Of a stretch of 64,000 nt of DNA, positions 28,752 to 39,122 are shown in pieces. This DNA comes from Acidimicrobiia bacterium. GTDB taxonomy: Bacteria > Actinomycetota > Acidimicrobiia > Spongiisociales > ZC4RG35. How positions within the stretch are numbered: the first letter of the stretch is position 1; the number at the start of each line of letters is the position of its first letter. The notes beneath the pieces are model-generated. The model ran no database searches, was not told the DNA's origin, and saw nothing but the letters and a program-made list of their open reading frames with translations. The translations under genes and the position numbers were made by a program. The stretch lies in NCBI GenBank assembly GCA_041744375.1, contig JBGTLA010000130.1:11443-75442 (forward strand). The letters run 5' to 3'.

Positions 28752-29945
28752 GTGAAATGGCCCGCGGCGCGAATGGCTACGCAAAAAAACAAAGGCTTCG
28801 GGATGTACGAGCAAGCTGCCCGTCTCGAACGGGACGGTGTGGACGTCATCCATCTGGAGTTCGGCCGGCCCTCCTTCGACACGCCCGCGCATATCAAGGC
28901 GGAGTCCAAGCGAGCCTTGGACGCGGGGATCGTCCACTACGGGGATCTCCAGGGCGATCCGGAACTCCGGCAGGCTTTGAGCGGGAAGCTGAAGAGGTTC
29001 AATGGGATCGGAGCCGGTCCCGACGACATTCTGATCACGAATGGACTCACGCAGGCGTCCTTTGCCACCTTCATGGCGGCGCTCGATCCGGGCGACGAAG
29101 TGGTCGTGTTGGAGCCGTACTATCCGCAGCACGTTCCCAAGATCGAGCTGGTCGGCGGCGCAGTGGCATTGGCCGCTCTGCGCTTCGACAGGGGCTATCG
29201 CCTCGATCCCGATGCCGTCGAGGGTGCCATGACCCCGAAGACGAAGGTCCTCCTCCTCGTCAATCCCGCCAACCCCGTGGGCACCGTGTTCACTCCGGAG
29301 GAGATCGGGGCGCTGGCGGACATAGCTCGCCGTAATGATCTGTTGGTGGTGACCGATGAGGTGTACGAGCACATCACCTACGACGGGAGGGCCCACACCA
29401 GTATCGCCTCTCTTCCGGGTATGTGGGAGCGGACCATCAGCCTCTTCGCCTTCACAAAAGCCTATGCCATGGACGGGTGGCGTCTGGGCTACGCCGTGGC
29501 ACCACACCCACTGTTGAAGGAGGTCATGCGTGTCACGATGAACGAGACGACTCACCCCAACGTGTTCGCTCAGCGCGGGGCTATCGCGGCCGTGGAAGGC
29601 CCGCCGCAGGTACTTGAGGGTATGGTGGCCGAGGACCGCCGCCGCCGCGACATGGCGCATCGACGTCTCAACGACATGGATGGAGTCACATGTCATCTTC
29701 CCGAAGGCACCATCTACGCCTTTCCCGACTTCTCGGCTCTGGGCCTGTCCTCCGAGGAGTTGGCGACCCTCCTTCTCCAACGGGCACATGTGGCAACCGA
29801 GGCAGGGAGCTTCTACGGCCCAAGCGGAGAAGGTCACCTGCGCATCTGTTTCGGCTCCGAGTCGTACGAGCGACTACAAGAAGCGATGGATCGTATCGAG
29901 GCGGCCGTCGGCGATCTCATGGCGCAGAATCCCGGCGCGAGGTGA
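28752..29945 (+). CDS. PLP-dependent aminotransferase class I/II (aspartate aminotransferase-like)
   Basis: NPANPVG, DEVY, FTKAYAMDGWRLGY and HLRICF motifs; GTG 28752 follows AGGAG. Confidence 0.92.
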   Translation: MKWPAARMATQKNKGFGMYEQAARLERDGVDVIHLEFGRPSFDTPAHIKAESKRALDAGIVHYGDLQGDPELRQALSGKLKRFNGIGAGPDDILITNGLTQASFATFMAALDPGDEVVVLEPYYPQHVPKIELVGGAVALAALRFDRGYRLDPDAVEGAMTPKTKVLLLVNPANPVGTVFTPEEIGALADIARRNDLLVVTDEVYEHITYDGRAHTSIASLPGMWERTISLFAFTKAYAMDGWRLGYAVAPHPLLKEVMRVTMNETTHPNVFAQRGAIAAVEGPPQVLEGMVAEDRRRRDMAHRRLNDMDGVTCHLPEGTIYAFPDFSALGLSSEELATLLLQRAHVATEAGSFYGPSGEGHLRICFGSESYERLQEAMDRIEAAVGDLMAQNPGAR

Positions 29946-30061
29946 GCGGTCCGTTGACCCCGTTCAGCTCGGCTCGATCGGACTCCGAGTCTCATCGACA
30001 ATTATTGTGGAACTCGTTCCCAAGCAGCGACAGCTTGGCGGCCAACCGCTCCCGCATTCGC

Positions 30062-30200
30062 TGGGCACGGATAATGGTGAGGAGCATCGGTTCGAAACCT
30101 CGAAATCTAGAAGCGAACAACTTCGCCTACGTTCGCGCGGCGAAAGCCGTCGGCGAAGACAGCCCGCACGTTCCTTGGGGAATCTCCCCGTACCTCCGAG
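30062..30200 (+). pseudogene. Possible scrap of an oligopeptide ABC permease (DppC/OppC-like)
   Basis: WARIMVRS...FAYVRAAKAVGE resembles the EAA loop; no intact gene around it. Confidence 0.3.
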
Positions 30201-30321
30201 TTGCCCGTACCTCCGACTCGTTTCCCCACCATTGCGCACCGCCTGATCGAACCCGATAAAGCGAGCACACCCCTGGCTCGTCTAAACAGAACCCCAACGC
30301 CACTTGCCTCGGAACCTTCCT

Positions 30322-30335
30322 TCCAGTAAATTGAA
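30322..30335. promoter_or_regulatory. Putative XRE-cupin operator A (TCCAGTAAATTGAA)
   Basis: 3 mismatches to the palindrome TTCAATATATTGAA; followed by a CATACT -10-like hexamer at 30347-30352. Confidence 0.55.
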
Positions 30336-30431
30336 CTGTCATGCAGCATACTGACCGCATCGTCTCCTGAGGGGGCCCATGTGGTGTTCGTCCTGCAAAC
30401 GGCAAACCATCCCGGTACCTAGGAGGCAGGC

Positions 30432-32168
30432 ATGTTGGGTAGCAAGGTGAGGTCCGGCGGATTTCGGATGGTCCCGGGAGACAACCCGGAAAGGGGCGAC
30501 TCCCACGGCCGTGTCGCGGTAACTCTCCTTCTCCTCCTGGCCCTTGTTCTGGCGGCATGTGACGGCACTGCCGAGACGCCCACGACCGATCCGGAACCGG
30601 GGGAGACCACGGTTGCGCAGCCGGGAGAGACCACGGTGCCGGAGGAGGTTCCCGGCGACCCGACTCAGCTCGTCATCGACACCTCATGGGATCATCTGAC
30701 TGCCGACCCCGCCCGCGATGCCTCCAACAGTGGCCGATACATCCTCAACTCGGTATACGACACGTTGACCAAGTTCAAGCCCGAGCTCGTCGACGGCGAG
30801 TGGGAGTTCGACATGACCAACCCCGACCCGTGGATCGCCGAGTCTTGGTCGGTTGACGATTCGGGCCGGGTGTGGACCTTCAACATTCGCCAGGACGTCG
30901 TTTTCAGCGACGGTTCTCCTCTGACCGCCGAGGACGCTGCCTGGTCGTTGCGACGGGTGAAGAACGTAAAGTCGGCACCCGCATCCAACCTGGAGACCTT
31001 CGACGAGATCGTCGCGGTCGACGACTACACCGTGCAGATAACCACGCTGGAACCCAACCCGGCGGTGCCACACATACTGACCCACAACGCCACTGGCGTG
31101 GTCAACCGTACGGTGGCCATGGAGAACGGCGCCACCGATGCCGAGGACGCCGACCTGGCTGACGAGGCTGAGGCCTTCTTCGACGCCAATTCGCTTGGGA
31201 GTGGCCCCTACGTCTTCCGAACCTTCAGCACCACCGCTGAGACGGTGTTGGCCAAGAACGCGAATTTCTGGGGGGAGGAGCCGTTCTACGATCAGCTCGT
31301 CTTCCGCAACGTCACACCCGAGGTCGCTCGCATAAACGTGGAGAGCGGGGCGTCGGATGTCGCCATGGGCCTTACCGCCGATCAGGCCAGCGAGCTGTCC
31401 GATTCGGTGATCGTCCACAGTGCCGCCAGCGCAACCATCTTCTATGTGCAGGCGAACTTCAAGGAGGAAGTCTCCGAACTCGCCGCCAGCCGCGATCTCT
31501 GGGAGGCCGTTCGCTATGGCATGGACTACGAAAAGCTGCTGAATATCGCAGGCGAGGGAGCTGTTCAGGCCTGCGGATTGGTGCCGACGCAGTTCAACGG
31601 CGCCCTCGACCCGAGCGAGTGCGTCAGCCGGGACATCGACCGTGCCCGAGAGGCGCTAGACCGATCCGGCGTCGAGAACCCGACTCTCACCTTGGAGTAC
31701 CCCACCGACTTCGTGCTCGAAGGAGTCAACTTCCAGACGATCTCCGAGTCCATCGCAGCAGACCTCGAGGAAATCGGGTTGAGTGTCGTTCTGGAGGGTG
31801 CCCCTCTCGCCACATGGCTGCCTAGGTGGATCGACGCCCTGCCCGAGATGACGCAGGGAGCACAGAACCCGACCTTCCCACACGAGAACAGCACCGCGGT
31901 CTACCTGCCCACGGGGTACCGGGGGCAATACGCCGGGTTCTCCGAAACCGATGCTCCCGACATCACCGAGCTGGGCGAGAGAGCGCATCAGACCATCGAC
32001 GACGACGACCGAGCTGCCCTCCTACAGGACCTACAGCGCCTGCTCAACACCGAGTCGCCGATCTTCCCCCAGTTCCAGTCGGTGGCGTTCATCGCCGCGC
32101 ACCCGCGGATACAGAATGTGCTCGTGCTGCCCATCTTCTTCATCGACCCGACCATTCTCACCGAGTAG
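30432..32168 (+). CDS. Family-5 (dipeptide/oligopeptide) ABC substrate-binding lipoprotein
   Basis: Lipobox LAAC, AESWSV...WTFNIR...FSDGSPLTAED and GSGPY motifs; AGGAGG RBS. Confidence 0.92.
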   Translation: MLGSKVRSGGFRMVPGDNPERGDSHGRVAVTLLLLLALVLAACDGTAETPTTDPEPGETTVAQPGETTVPEEVPGDPTQLVIDTSWDHLTADPARDASNSGRYILNSVYDTLTKFKPELVDGEWEFDMTNPDPWIAESWSVDDSGRVWTFNIRQDVVFSDGSPLTAEDAAWSLRRVKNVKSAPASNLETFDEIVAVDDYTVQITTLEPNPAVPHILTHNATGVVNRTVAMENGATDAEDADLADEAEAFFDANSLGSGPYVFRTFSTTAETVLAKNANFWGEEPFYDQLVFRNVTPEVARINVESGASDVAMGLTADQASELSDSVIVHSAASATIFYVQANFKEEVSELAASRDLWEAVRYGMDYEKLLNIAGEGAVQACGLVPTQFNGALDPSECVSRDIDRAREALDRSGVENPTLTLEYPTDFVLEGVNFQTISESIAADLEEIGLSVVLEGAPLATWLPRWIDALPEMTQGAQNPTFPHENSTAVYLPTGYRGQYAGFSETDAPDITELGERAHQTIDDDDRAALLQDLQRLLNTESPIFPQFQSVAFIAAHPRIQNVLVLPIFFIDPTILTE

Positions 32169-32188
32169 GTGCCAAGAAATGAGTAGCG

Positions 32189-33166
32189 ATGGGAGGTGGA
32201 GGCGATGAGGGCTGGCAGAACTCTGGGATCCCGGTGGTGAACAAGCAGCCTGCCAGTCCGGAGACCACTGCGGTCGGGTGGATCGGGACCGGGGTTATGG
32301 GCCTGTCGATGTGCGGGCATCTCCTTGACGCCGGCTACCCAGTTACGGTGCACAGTCGAACCCGGGACAAGGCTGCTCCTCTCGAGGCCAAGGGCGCCTC
32401 GTGGGCCGACAGCCCGGCCGAGACCGCCTCTGCCTCCGACGTGGTGTTCTCTATGGTGGGTTATCCACAGGACGTTCGCGACGTGCTCCTAGGCTCCGAT
32501 GGCGCCCTGGCCGCGGCCCCGCCGGGAAGCGTCCTCGTCGACATGACCACCAGCGAGCCATCCCTCGCCGTCGAGGTCCATGAAGCCGCCTCCACCCGGG
32601 ACGTGGGAGTGCTCGACGCCCCTGTATCCGGAGGCGACATCGGGGCCCGCGAGGCCACCCTGTCCATCATGGTTGGCGGAGACCGGGCTCATTTTGAAAG
32701 GATCACCCCCCTCTTCGAGGTGATGGGCAGGACCGTCATCCATCTCGGTGGGCCGGGTGCCGGCCAGCACACCAAAATGGTCAACCAGATTCTCATCGCC
32801 GGAGGGATGGTGGCGGTGTGCGAGGCGTTGCTCTACGCCCAGCAGTCCGGGCTAGACATGGAGAAGACGCTCCAAGCGGTAGGTGGGGGCGCGGCCGGCT
32901 CATGGTCGTTGTCGAACTACGGCCCGCGCATGTTGTCAGGGGATTTCGCCCCGGGTTTCTTCGTCGACCACTTCGTCAAGGACATGACCATTGCGCTGCG
33001 CGAGGCCGAGGCGATGGGACTGTCCGTGCCGGGCCTGGCTCTCGTCCATCAGCTCTACGTCGCCCTTCAGGCCCAAGGGGGCGGGCGCAACGGGACCCAC
33101 GCTCTATTGCTGTCCGTCGCCCGCCAGTCACGGGTCGGGTGGACGCCCGGGGGCAGTCTGGGCTAA
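32189..33166 (+). CDS. 3-hydroxyisobutyrate/beta-hydroxyacid dehydrogenase family oxidoreductase
   Basis: [21 protein letters not shown] and FVKD motifs; start may be GTG at about 32237. Confidence 0.92.
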   Translation: MGGGGDEGWQNSGIPVVNKQPASPETTAVGWIGTGVMGLSMCGHLLDAGYPVTVHSRTRDKAAPLEAKGASWADSPAETASASDVVFSMVGYPQDVRDVLLGSDGALAAAPPGSVLVDMTTSEPSLAVEVHEAASTRDVGVLDAPVSGGDIGAREATLSIMVGGDRAHFERITPLFEVMGRTVIHLGGPGAGQHTKMVNQILIAGGMVAVCEALLYAQQSGLDMEKTLQAVGGGAAGSWSLSNYGPRMLSGDFAPGFFVDHFVKDMTIALREAEAMGLSVPGLALVHQLYVALQAQGGGRNGTHALLLSVARQSRVGWTPGGSLG

Positions 33167-33192
33167 CCCTCCTACCGGGCCCAGACCGCGTC

Positions 33193-34341
33193 TCAGAACA
33201 CCTGTGGATCAGGAAGCAGGCGTTCCTCGCCGAATCTGGCCAATGAGAGGATGTCCAGCTCCTTGTGGAGTACCCCGTCGAGGACCGCGGTTGCCAGACG
33301 GTCCCCCACCACCGGGGCCATCATGAAACCGTGTCCGCTGAATCCGGCGGCGATCCACAGCCCGTCGTAGCCGTCGACGAGGCCGATCACGGCCTGACCG
33401 TCGGGGGTCATGTCGTAAAAGCCCTCGACCAGGATAGGCAGCGTTACGAATTCGAGCCGCGGTAGGAGCTGGTTGGAATTCGCCTTGATCCGTTTCTTCC
33501 AGATCTCACTTTCATCCTCGGGCTGTCCGGTGGCGGCGAGGTCGCTGGCCAGCATCCGCCCGTCCCCAAGCTGCTTGGTTGCGAACTGTCGCTCGGCTGA
33601 TATGACGAGGGGCTCGAGCAGACGCTCGCTGATCGGTGAGCTGTAGAAGAGGTAGCGGGGCTCTTTGGTGATCGGCAGCTTGATCCCCAGCGATTGGAAA
33701 AGGTTGGGCGAGTCATAACCGGCGGCGACCACCACGTGGTCCGCCCAGGATTTGGAACCGTCGGCCTTCTCTATCTGCCACGAGCTTCCTTGGCGGCGAA
33801 GCCCCACCACGTCGGCGTATTCGATGGAGACTCCGTGGCGAGTCGCCGCGTCGGCAAAGGCCTCGACAACACTCTGGGGCCGGTCGAAGTACCCGTCCTC
33901 CTGGCAGAAGCCGGCGCCCAGGATCGAATCACCGTTGAAGTCGGGGATGACATCGGCGATCTGTTCCGAAGTGAGTATCTCCGACGGCACACCTAGCGAG
34001 TTCTGCAGCTCCACATTGGCCCGCAGGGTGTCGAGCATCGCGGCGGATTCGGCGAGGAAGACGTAGCCACAGGATCGGAACCCCGGGTCGATCCGGGCGT
34101 CTAGGTGTGCTTGAACGTCCCGATAGAACAGCAGCGCCTCCCGACCCATCTTGCAGTTGATCTCGGTTCCCCACTGCTGGCGCACTCCCCCTGGCTGGAC
34201 TCCGGAGGCTTCGGCGGCGATCCGGAGCCGCTCGTAGACGGATACGCTCTCCGCTCCCCTGCTGGCGATGTTGTATGCCACCGAGAGGCCGATCACCCCA
34301 GCACCGATGACCGCTACGTGGCTTCCCGATGACTTGCCCAC
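33193..34341 (-). CDS. FAD-dependent oxidoreductase (DAO / sarcosine oxidase beta-like)
   Basis: VIGAGVIG, GGVRQQW, YDMTPDG and GFSGHGFMMAP motifs. Confidence 0.9.
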   Translation of the reverse strand: MGKSSGSHVAVIGAGVIGLSVAYNIASRGAESVSVYERLRIAAEASGVQPGGVRQQWGTEINCKMGREALLFYRDVQAHLDARIDPGFRSCGYVFLAESAAMLDTLRANVELQNSLGVPSEILTSEQIADVIPDFNGDSILGAGFCQEDGYFDRPQSVVEAFADAATRHGVSIEYADVVGLRRQGSSWQIEKADGSKSWADHVVVAAGYDSPNLFQSLGIKLPITKEPRYLFYSSPISERLLEPLVISAERQFATKQLGDGRMLASDLAATGQPEDESEIWKKRIKANSNQLLPRLEFVTLPILVEGFYDMTPDGQAVIGLVDGYDGLWIAAGFSGHGFMMAPVVGDRLATAVLDGVLHKELDILSLARFGEERLLPDPQVF

Positions 34342-34352
34342 TCGAAACGTCC

Positions 34353-34910
34353 CTACAACACCGGTGGGGAGTCGACGCACATGATCCGTAGCGGGCGTTT
34401 GGGATCGGGGTTGCGAAACAGGTGTTGCCGGTCCCCGTAGTAATAGGCCGAGTCCCCTGCCTTGAGGATTGTGGGCTCTAGCCCGGAGAGCTCCAGCTCC
34501 AAGGTGCCTTCCATCACGTAGACGAACTCCTCGCCGCCGTGCTTGCCGTGCTCGGCGAGCTCAGCTCCGGGCTCGAACTCGAGGACCATGGGCATCATGG
34601 TCCGCTTCATGTCTGGGACGAGCAGGAACACGTCGATGCCCTCTGCCGGTGAGTGCAGGAGGGGATGCTCGTCGCGTCGCATCACCCCGGAGTCTTCGCT
34701 AGCTCCCATAGGTAGGAGATCGGTGATAGATATGCGGTAGAACTCGACGAGGCGCTGCAGGCGCCCCACGGTTATGTCGCTCTTTCCGTTCTCGACGAGG
34801 GAGAGGAATGACGCGGAGATCTCGGTCGCCTCGGCGACGTCGCTCAGCGAAAGAGCCCTCTCGTCCCGGGCAGCTCTGAGAGCGCGTCCCAGGTCTCTTG
34901 GAGGACTCAC
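34353..34910 (-). CDS. XRE-family HTH regulator with C-terminal cupin domain
   Basis: LRAARDERALSL...ISASFLSLVENGKSD HTH; HGGEEFVYVMEG...GDS...H cupin. Start uncertain (ORF extends to 35012). Confidence 0.92.
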   Translation of the reverse strand: MSPPRDLGRALRAARDERALSLSDVAEATEISASFLSLVENGKSDITVGRLQRLVEFYRISITDLLPMGASEDSGVMRRDEHPLLHSPAEGIDVFLLVPDMKRTMMPMVLEFEPGAELAEHGKHGGEEFVYVMEGTLELELSGLEPTILKAGDSAYYYGDRQHLFRNPDPKRPLRIMCVDSPPVL

Positions 34911-35007
34911 GCCTGCGAGTCTGATTCGCGGGTGTTCGTCAACGGAGAAAATCTTAGAAGTTGCATCATGTTCATTACAAGCGGCCTCAGGGGCTCCCCG
35001 GATCCCA

Positions 35008-35021
35008 GTCAATATACTGAA
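35008..35021. promoter_or_regulatory. Putative XRE-cupin operator B (GTCAATATACTGAA)
   Basis: 2 mismatches to TTCAATATATTGAA; upstream of the regulator, an autoregulatory position. Confidence 0.6.
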
Positions 35022-35036
35022 CTCAAAACGAACATA

Positions 35037-36560
35037 CTAACCAGGCGGTGGCGGGTGGAACACTGCCTGTTCGAATGCGTGGGCGGCGCGGAGCAGAGTG
35101 GCGTCGCCGCCCCGGCGCCCCACGAGCATCATGCCCACCGGAAGCCCTTCGTGGAGGGCGCAGGGAAGGCTCATGGCGGGATGACCCGAGACGTTGAACG
35201 CCGACGTGTTGGCCCCCATCTGGTGGGCGGTGTGGGTCGACTCGGTGGCGGAGATCCCCGGGCCGGGGAGGTGCGTGGCACGCATCGGCGTGGTGGGGAG
35301 TACCAGCAGGTCAACCTTCTCCAGGGCCTCGTCGTAGGCGGCAGCCAATTCACGGGAGAGGTTCTGGGCGCGGGCGTAGTAGGTCCCTCGGTAGGTGTCG
35401 TGTAGCCACTGGCCGGTCAGGGCCTGCAGCCGGACCATGTGCGGCAGCAGGTCGGCGCGGGAGCGCAGCCCGTCGGCCATAGCCTGGAGCATGTCCACCC
35501 GGTAGAGCCCCCTCCAGCCGGTCCCCATCCCCGATCCATGGATGAGCTGAGAGGTGAAACCCTCAGCAGCGATCGCCAGAGCCAACTTGCCGCCCATTCG
35601 GTGCCAGGGCACCGACACTTCAGAGACCGCGGCCCCCAGCTTCCCCAAGGCCCGGACGGAGGCCAGCACTGCCCTGTCTACCTCGGGTTCGGACCCCTCC
35701 CATCCCAACCCTTCGAGGAGGATGCCGACCCGCAGCCCCTCCACTCCCATCTCCAAGTCGTCGCAATAGCTTCCAATTCTGTCGGGCGCCTGGCCCTGGC
35801 GGGGGTCCAGCCCGTCCGGCCCGGCGATCACGTCGAGGAGGAGGGCCACGTCCGCGGTGGTACGGGCCATCGGGCCCAGGTGGTCCAGGGTCATCTCGAG
35901 GGGATAGGCGCCGGTGTAGGGGACCAGACCGTAGCTCGGCTTCAGCCCGTACACTCCCGACCACGAACTGGGGCCGCGGATGGACCCACCCTGGTCGCCA
36001 CCCAGAGCCATGTCGACCTCCCCCGCGGCGAGGAGCGCGGCACACCCGCTGGACGACCCGCCGCTGGATCTGGTGGGGTCGTAGGGGTTGCGGACCGGGC
36101 CGGTGTCGCTCGTGTGGCTAGCTCCCGAGAAACAGAAGCTCTCGCACACCGCCTTCCCGGCGATCGTGGCCCCTGCTTCCAGCACGCGCTGCACCACGCT
36201 GGCGTCCCTCTCCGGCACGAATCCCTCCAGCACGGAGGTGCCATTCATCATGGGGACCCCGGCTACGCATATGTTGTCCTTCACTGCCAGCGACTTCCCG
36301 GCGAGCGACCCGGAGCCCCCGTTGGTGATATTGGTACGCCAATACCATGCGCCCAGCGGGTTCTCCTCTGGGCTGGGGGCCCGCCCCGTGCGGTCGCGCT
36401 CGATGGCTGGGGGCGGGGCCACCTCGTCGATCCAGTCGTGCACCTCCAGCGCCTCCGAGACGAGCGCCTGAAACTCCCCCCTCTCCTGGTCTGTGAGGAC
36501 GAAGCCAAGACGCCGTGCGATCCCGGCGAGGCGGTCCCCGGTCGGCCTCTCGACCGTCAT
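35037..36560 (-). CDS. Amidase-signature family amidase (CX3C subgroup)
   Basis: NPLGAWY, VKDN, KAVCESFCFSG, GGSSSG and GDQGGSIR motifs. Confidence 0.92.
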   Translation of the reverse strand: MTVERPTGDRLAGIARRLGFVLTDQERGEFQALVSEALEVHDWIDEVAPPPAIERDRTGRAPSPEENPLGAWYWRTNITNGGSGSLAGKSLAVKDNICVAGVPMMNGTSVLEGFVPERDASVVQRVLEAGATIAGKAVCESFCFSGASHTSDTGPVRNPYDPTRSSGGSSSGCAALLAAGEVDMALGGDQGGSIRGPSSWSGVYGLKPSYGLVPYTGAYPLEMTLDHLGPMARTTADVALLLDVIAGPDGLDPRQGQAPDRIGSYCDDLEMGVEGLRVGILLEGLGWEGSEPEVDRAVLASVRALGKLGAAVSEVSVPWHRMGGKLALAIAAEGFTSQLIHGSGMGTGWRGLYRVDMLQAMADGLRSRADLLPHMVRLQALTGQWLHDTYRGTYYARAQNLSRELAAAYDEALEKVDLLVLPTTPMRATHLPGPGISATESTHTAHQMGANTSAFNVSGHPAMSLPCALHEGLPVGMMLVGRRGGDATLLRAAHAFEQAVFHPPPPG

Positions 36561-37969
36561 CGTGTATCCCGGTCCGGTGTCATCACGGCTCCCTTGACCA
36601 GTTCATCGATGTGGGGATGTTCGTCGACCCAACCGTTTCCGCGCTGACATGTGTGCCCTATCCGGAGCACCGTTGAATCGTCGCCTGGATGGCCAATCAC
36701 CTGGAGACCGATGGGTAGACCCTCCGAAGAGAGCCCGCAGGGGACGGAGAGTGCCGGCCGACCGGTGAGGCTGGCCAACGGGGTGTAGCGCGTTACGGCC
36801 TGGGCCACTTCCTCCTCGTGGCCTTCGATCACAGCGATCCGGGAGCCCAGCGGGTAGGCAGTTATCGGGGAGACCGGCATGATGAGGGCGTCCATGCCTT
36901 CCAGGAGCTCGGCGAGCCGATCGGTGACCCAGCGCCTCACGCGCTGAGCACGCACGTAGGCCGCCGCCGGTATGTCCCACCCCCTCTCCAGGCGGGCCCG
37001 CACTATCGGGTGATAGTCCTCGGGCCGGTCCCTCAGCCAGTCGGTGTGGTAGTCAGCCGCCTCGGCGGCGGCGATTGCCCATAGGGTGGCGCGCACCACC
37101 AGAAGGTCGGGAAGCTCCACAGGAGTCAGCTTCGCCCCCTGCGCCTCGAGCGCTCCCACGGCGCGATGCACCGCCTCGGCCACCTCCTCGTCGATGCGCT
37201 CTTTGGGCTGGAAGGCCGACACCGCCAGCCGAAGCCCCTCTACCCCGTCGCCCAACCCGCGAACCCGGAACCCGGGCCGCAGCGCTTCGAGAAGTGAAGC
37301 GGTGTCCTCCACAGTTCGGCCCACGGGCCCCACGTGGCTCAGGCTCCAGGCGGTGGGGATGACACCCGTTCGGTCCACCAGGTCGAAGGTGGGCTTGTGC
37401 CCTACCACCCCGCAGAGAGCGGCGGGCACCCTGATCGACCCTCCGGCGTCGGTGGCCACCGATCCGAAACAGAGGCCGGCGGCCACCGCAGCCACCGCGC
37501 CGGAGGACGACCCTCCGGTGGACCTATCGGTGTCCCAGGGATTGGCTACGTGCCCGAAGTCGGGGTGGGCCTCACCGAAAGCGAACTGGAAGAGCTGTGT
37601 CTTGCCGACAATAAGTGCCCCAGCGCGGCGCAGGGCAGCGACGCAGGCGGCGTCCCGGGCCGGAATCCACCCGCGAAGGATTGGCGAACCGGCTGTGGTG
37701 GGGAGGCCGGCGGTGGCGATGTTGTCCTTTACCGACACCGGAATTCCCTCTAGCGGACCGAAGACCTTCCCATCGACCAGGCGCTGCTCGGCCGCCCGGG
37801 CGCCCTCTCTCAGCTCATCGGCAGCCACGGTTACGTAGGCGTTGAGCACTGGCTGCAGCACCTCGATGCGGTCGAGCAGCATGTCGGCCAGCTCCACCGG
37901 CGAGAGACGACGGTCCCGAAACAGCCTCCTAATCTCGGAGATTGGCGACAGGAGGAGCTCGTCGTTCAT
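36557..37969 (-). CDS. Amidase-signature family amidase (GatA-like fold)
   Basis: GIPVSVKD, GGSSSG, TDAGGSIRVPA and GLPIGLQ motifs. Confidence 0.92.
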   Translation of the reverse strand: MNDELLLSPISEIRRLFRDRRLSPVELADMLLDRIEVLQPVLNAYVTVAADELREGARAAEQRLVDGKVFGPLEGIPVSVKDNIATAGLPTTAGSPILRGWIPARDAACVAALRRAGALIVGKTQLFQFAFGEAHPDFGHVANPWDTDRSTGGSSSGAVAAVAAGLCFGSVATDAGGSIRVPAALCGVVGHKPTFDLVDRTGVIPTAWSLSHVGPVGRTVEDTASLLEALRPGFRVRGLGDGVEGLRLAVSAFQPKERIDEEVAEAVHRAVGALEAQGAKLTPVELPDLLVVRATLWAIAAAEAADYHTDWLRDRPEDYHPIVRARLERGWDIPAAAYVRAQRVRRWVTDRLAELLEGMDALIMPVSPITAYPLGSRIAVIEGHEEEVAQAVTRYTPLASLTGRPALSVPCGLSSEGLPIGLQVIGHPGDDSTVLRIGHTCQRGNGWVDEHPHIDELVKGAVMTPDRDTR

Positions 37970-38183
37970 TTCTCATGTCCGGTACTAAAGATGACCGCCA
38001 TGCCGGTCTCACCCAGGTCGATCTCCCAGAGACACATCAACTGGTCGGGGAGCTCCCTGGCCGCAGCGGGGAGGCCCACACGCGGGCCGGGATCGCCACC
38101 CAACTTAGATTGGCGGCCTGGTCCCTCGCGCTCCAAACTCTTGCCCTCCTGCAGCAGCATGCCTTGCACAAATGAGGTGGTCC

Positions 38184-38197
38184 TTCAGTATATTGAT
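38184..38197. promoter_or_regulatory. Putative XRE-cupin operator C (TTCAGTATATTGAT)
   Basis: 2 mismatches to the palindrome; in the divergent amidase/hydrolase intergenic region. Confidence 0.6.
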
Positions 38198-38234
38198 GCT
38201 AGCATCGCACAACCCCTGGAGGAAGGTCCAGTCA

Positions 38235-39122
38235 GTGCAGAGCGGAACGGGACGATACGAGGGCTCGGACGGAGAGCGACACTACCGGTGGTGGTCACCC
38301 GGTGACCCTCGATTCGTTGTGATCTTCGGTCACGGTTTCGGTGACCACTCCGGCCGCTACCAACGCTTCGCCGACACCGTGGCAGGCTTCGGTGGCGCGG
38401 TATTCACCCCCGATTACAAGGGGCATGGTCTCTCCGATGGCGATCGAGCTGTCGTGGAGGACTTCGACCAGGTCGCCTCGGACTACCTGGCGGTTACCAA
38501 AGTTCCCTCCTTCCCGTCGGGGATCCCCCTGTTCCTCGCCGGTCAGTCGATGGGAGGTCTGGTGGTCTCCCGGGCGGCCCTGCTCGGACAGGTGGAGATT
38601 TCCGGCCTGGTGATCTCAGGGGCCCGCATCGGGGGATGGCCCGCCGGGGAGGACCTGGTGGGGAAGATCGACCGGGGCGAGGTGGACCCCGAAAGCGGCG
38701 GAGGAGGCCATCCCATTCTCGACCCCAACGTCAAGCTGCCCCCCGACGCCCTGTGCCGGGATGAGTCCATCTTCGAGGAGTTTGTGAATGACCCACTCAC
38801 GCACCTCGGTGCCTACCCCGTGCCCACGCTCCGTGCCTACGTCAGGGCCACCTCACAGCTCAGGGGGCTGTCTCAGGTCTACCCCTTCCCGGTGCTCTAC
38901 ATGCACGGAGGCGCCGATTCGATCACTCCCTACCCGCTCAGCGTGGAACGGATCGCTCAACTGGCGGCGGAGGACCTCGAGGTGCGGATCTTCCCGGGAG
39001 CGCGGCACTCTATCTACAACGAGCTCAACCGCGACGAGGTGTTCGAGGTGCTGCGGCGCTTCGTCGAACGGGCCATAGGGCAGGCTGAGGTTCCCATCGA
39101 GCAGGGGACTCGCCATGGATGA
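38235..39122 (+). CDS. Alpha/beta hydrolase (lysophospholipase/monoacylglycerol lipase-like)
   Basis: HGFGDHSGRY, GHGLS, GQSMG nucleophile elbow, HGGAD and GARH motifs. Confidence 0.9.
   Translation: MQSGTGRYEGSDGERHYRWWSPGDPRFVVIFGHGFGDHSGRYQRFADTVAGFGGAVFTPDYKGHGLSDGDRAVVEDFDQVASDYLAVTKVPSFPSGIPLFLAGQSMGGLVVSRAALLGQVEISGLVISGARIGGWPAGEDLVGKIDRGEVDPESGGGGHPILDPNVKLPPDALCRDESIFEEFVNDPLTHLGAYPVPTLRAYVRATSQLRGLSQVYPFPVLYMHGGADSITPYPLSVERIAQLAAEDLEVRIFPGARHSIYNELNRDEVFEVLRRFVERAIGQAEVPIEQGTRHG

Noticed and set aside
28512-29837. 441-aa minus ORF opposite the aminotransferase, and similar antisense ORFs at 35439-36647 and 39025-40125
   Set aside because: Each fully overlaps a clearly recognisable gene; composition is not protein-like.
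36557-37969. gatA assignment
   Set aside because: No gatB or gatC nearby; the context is catabolic.
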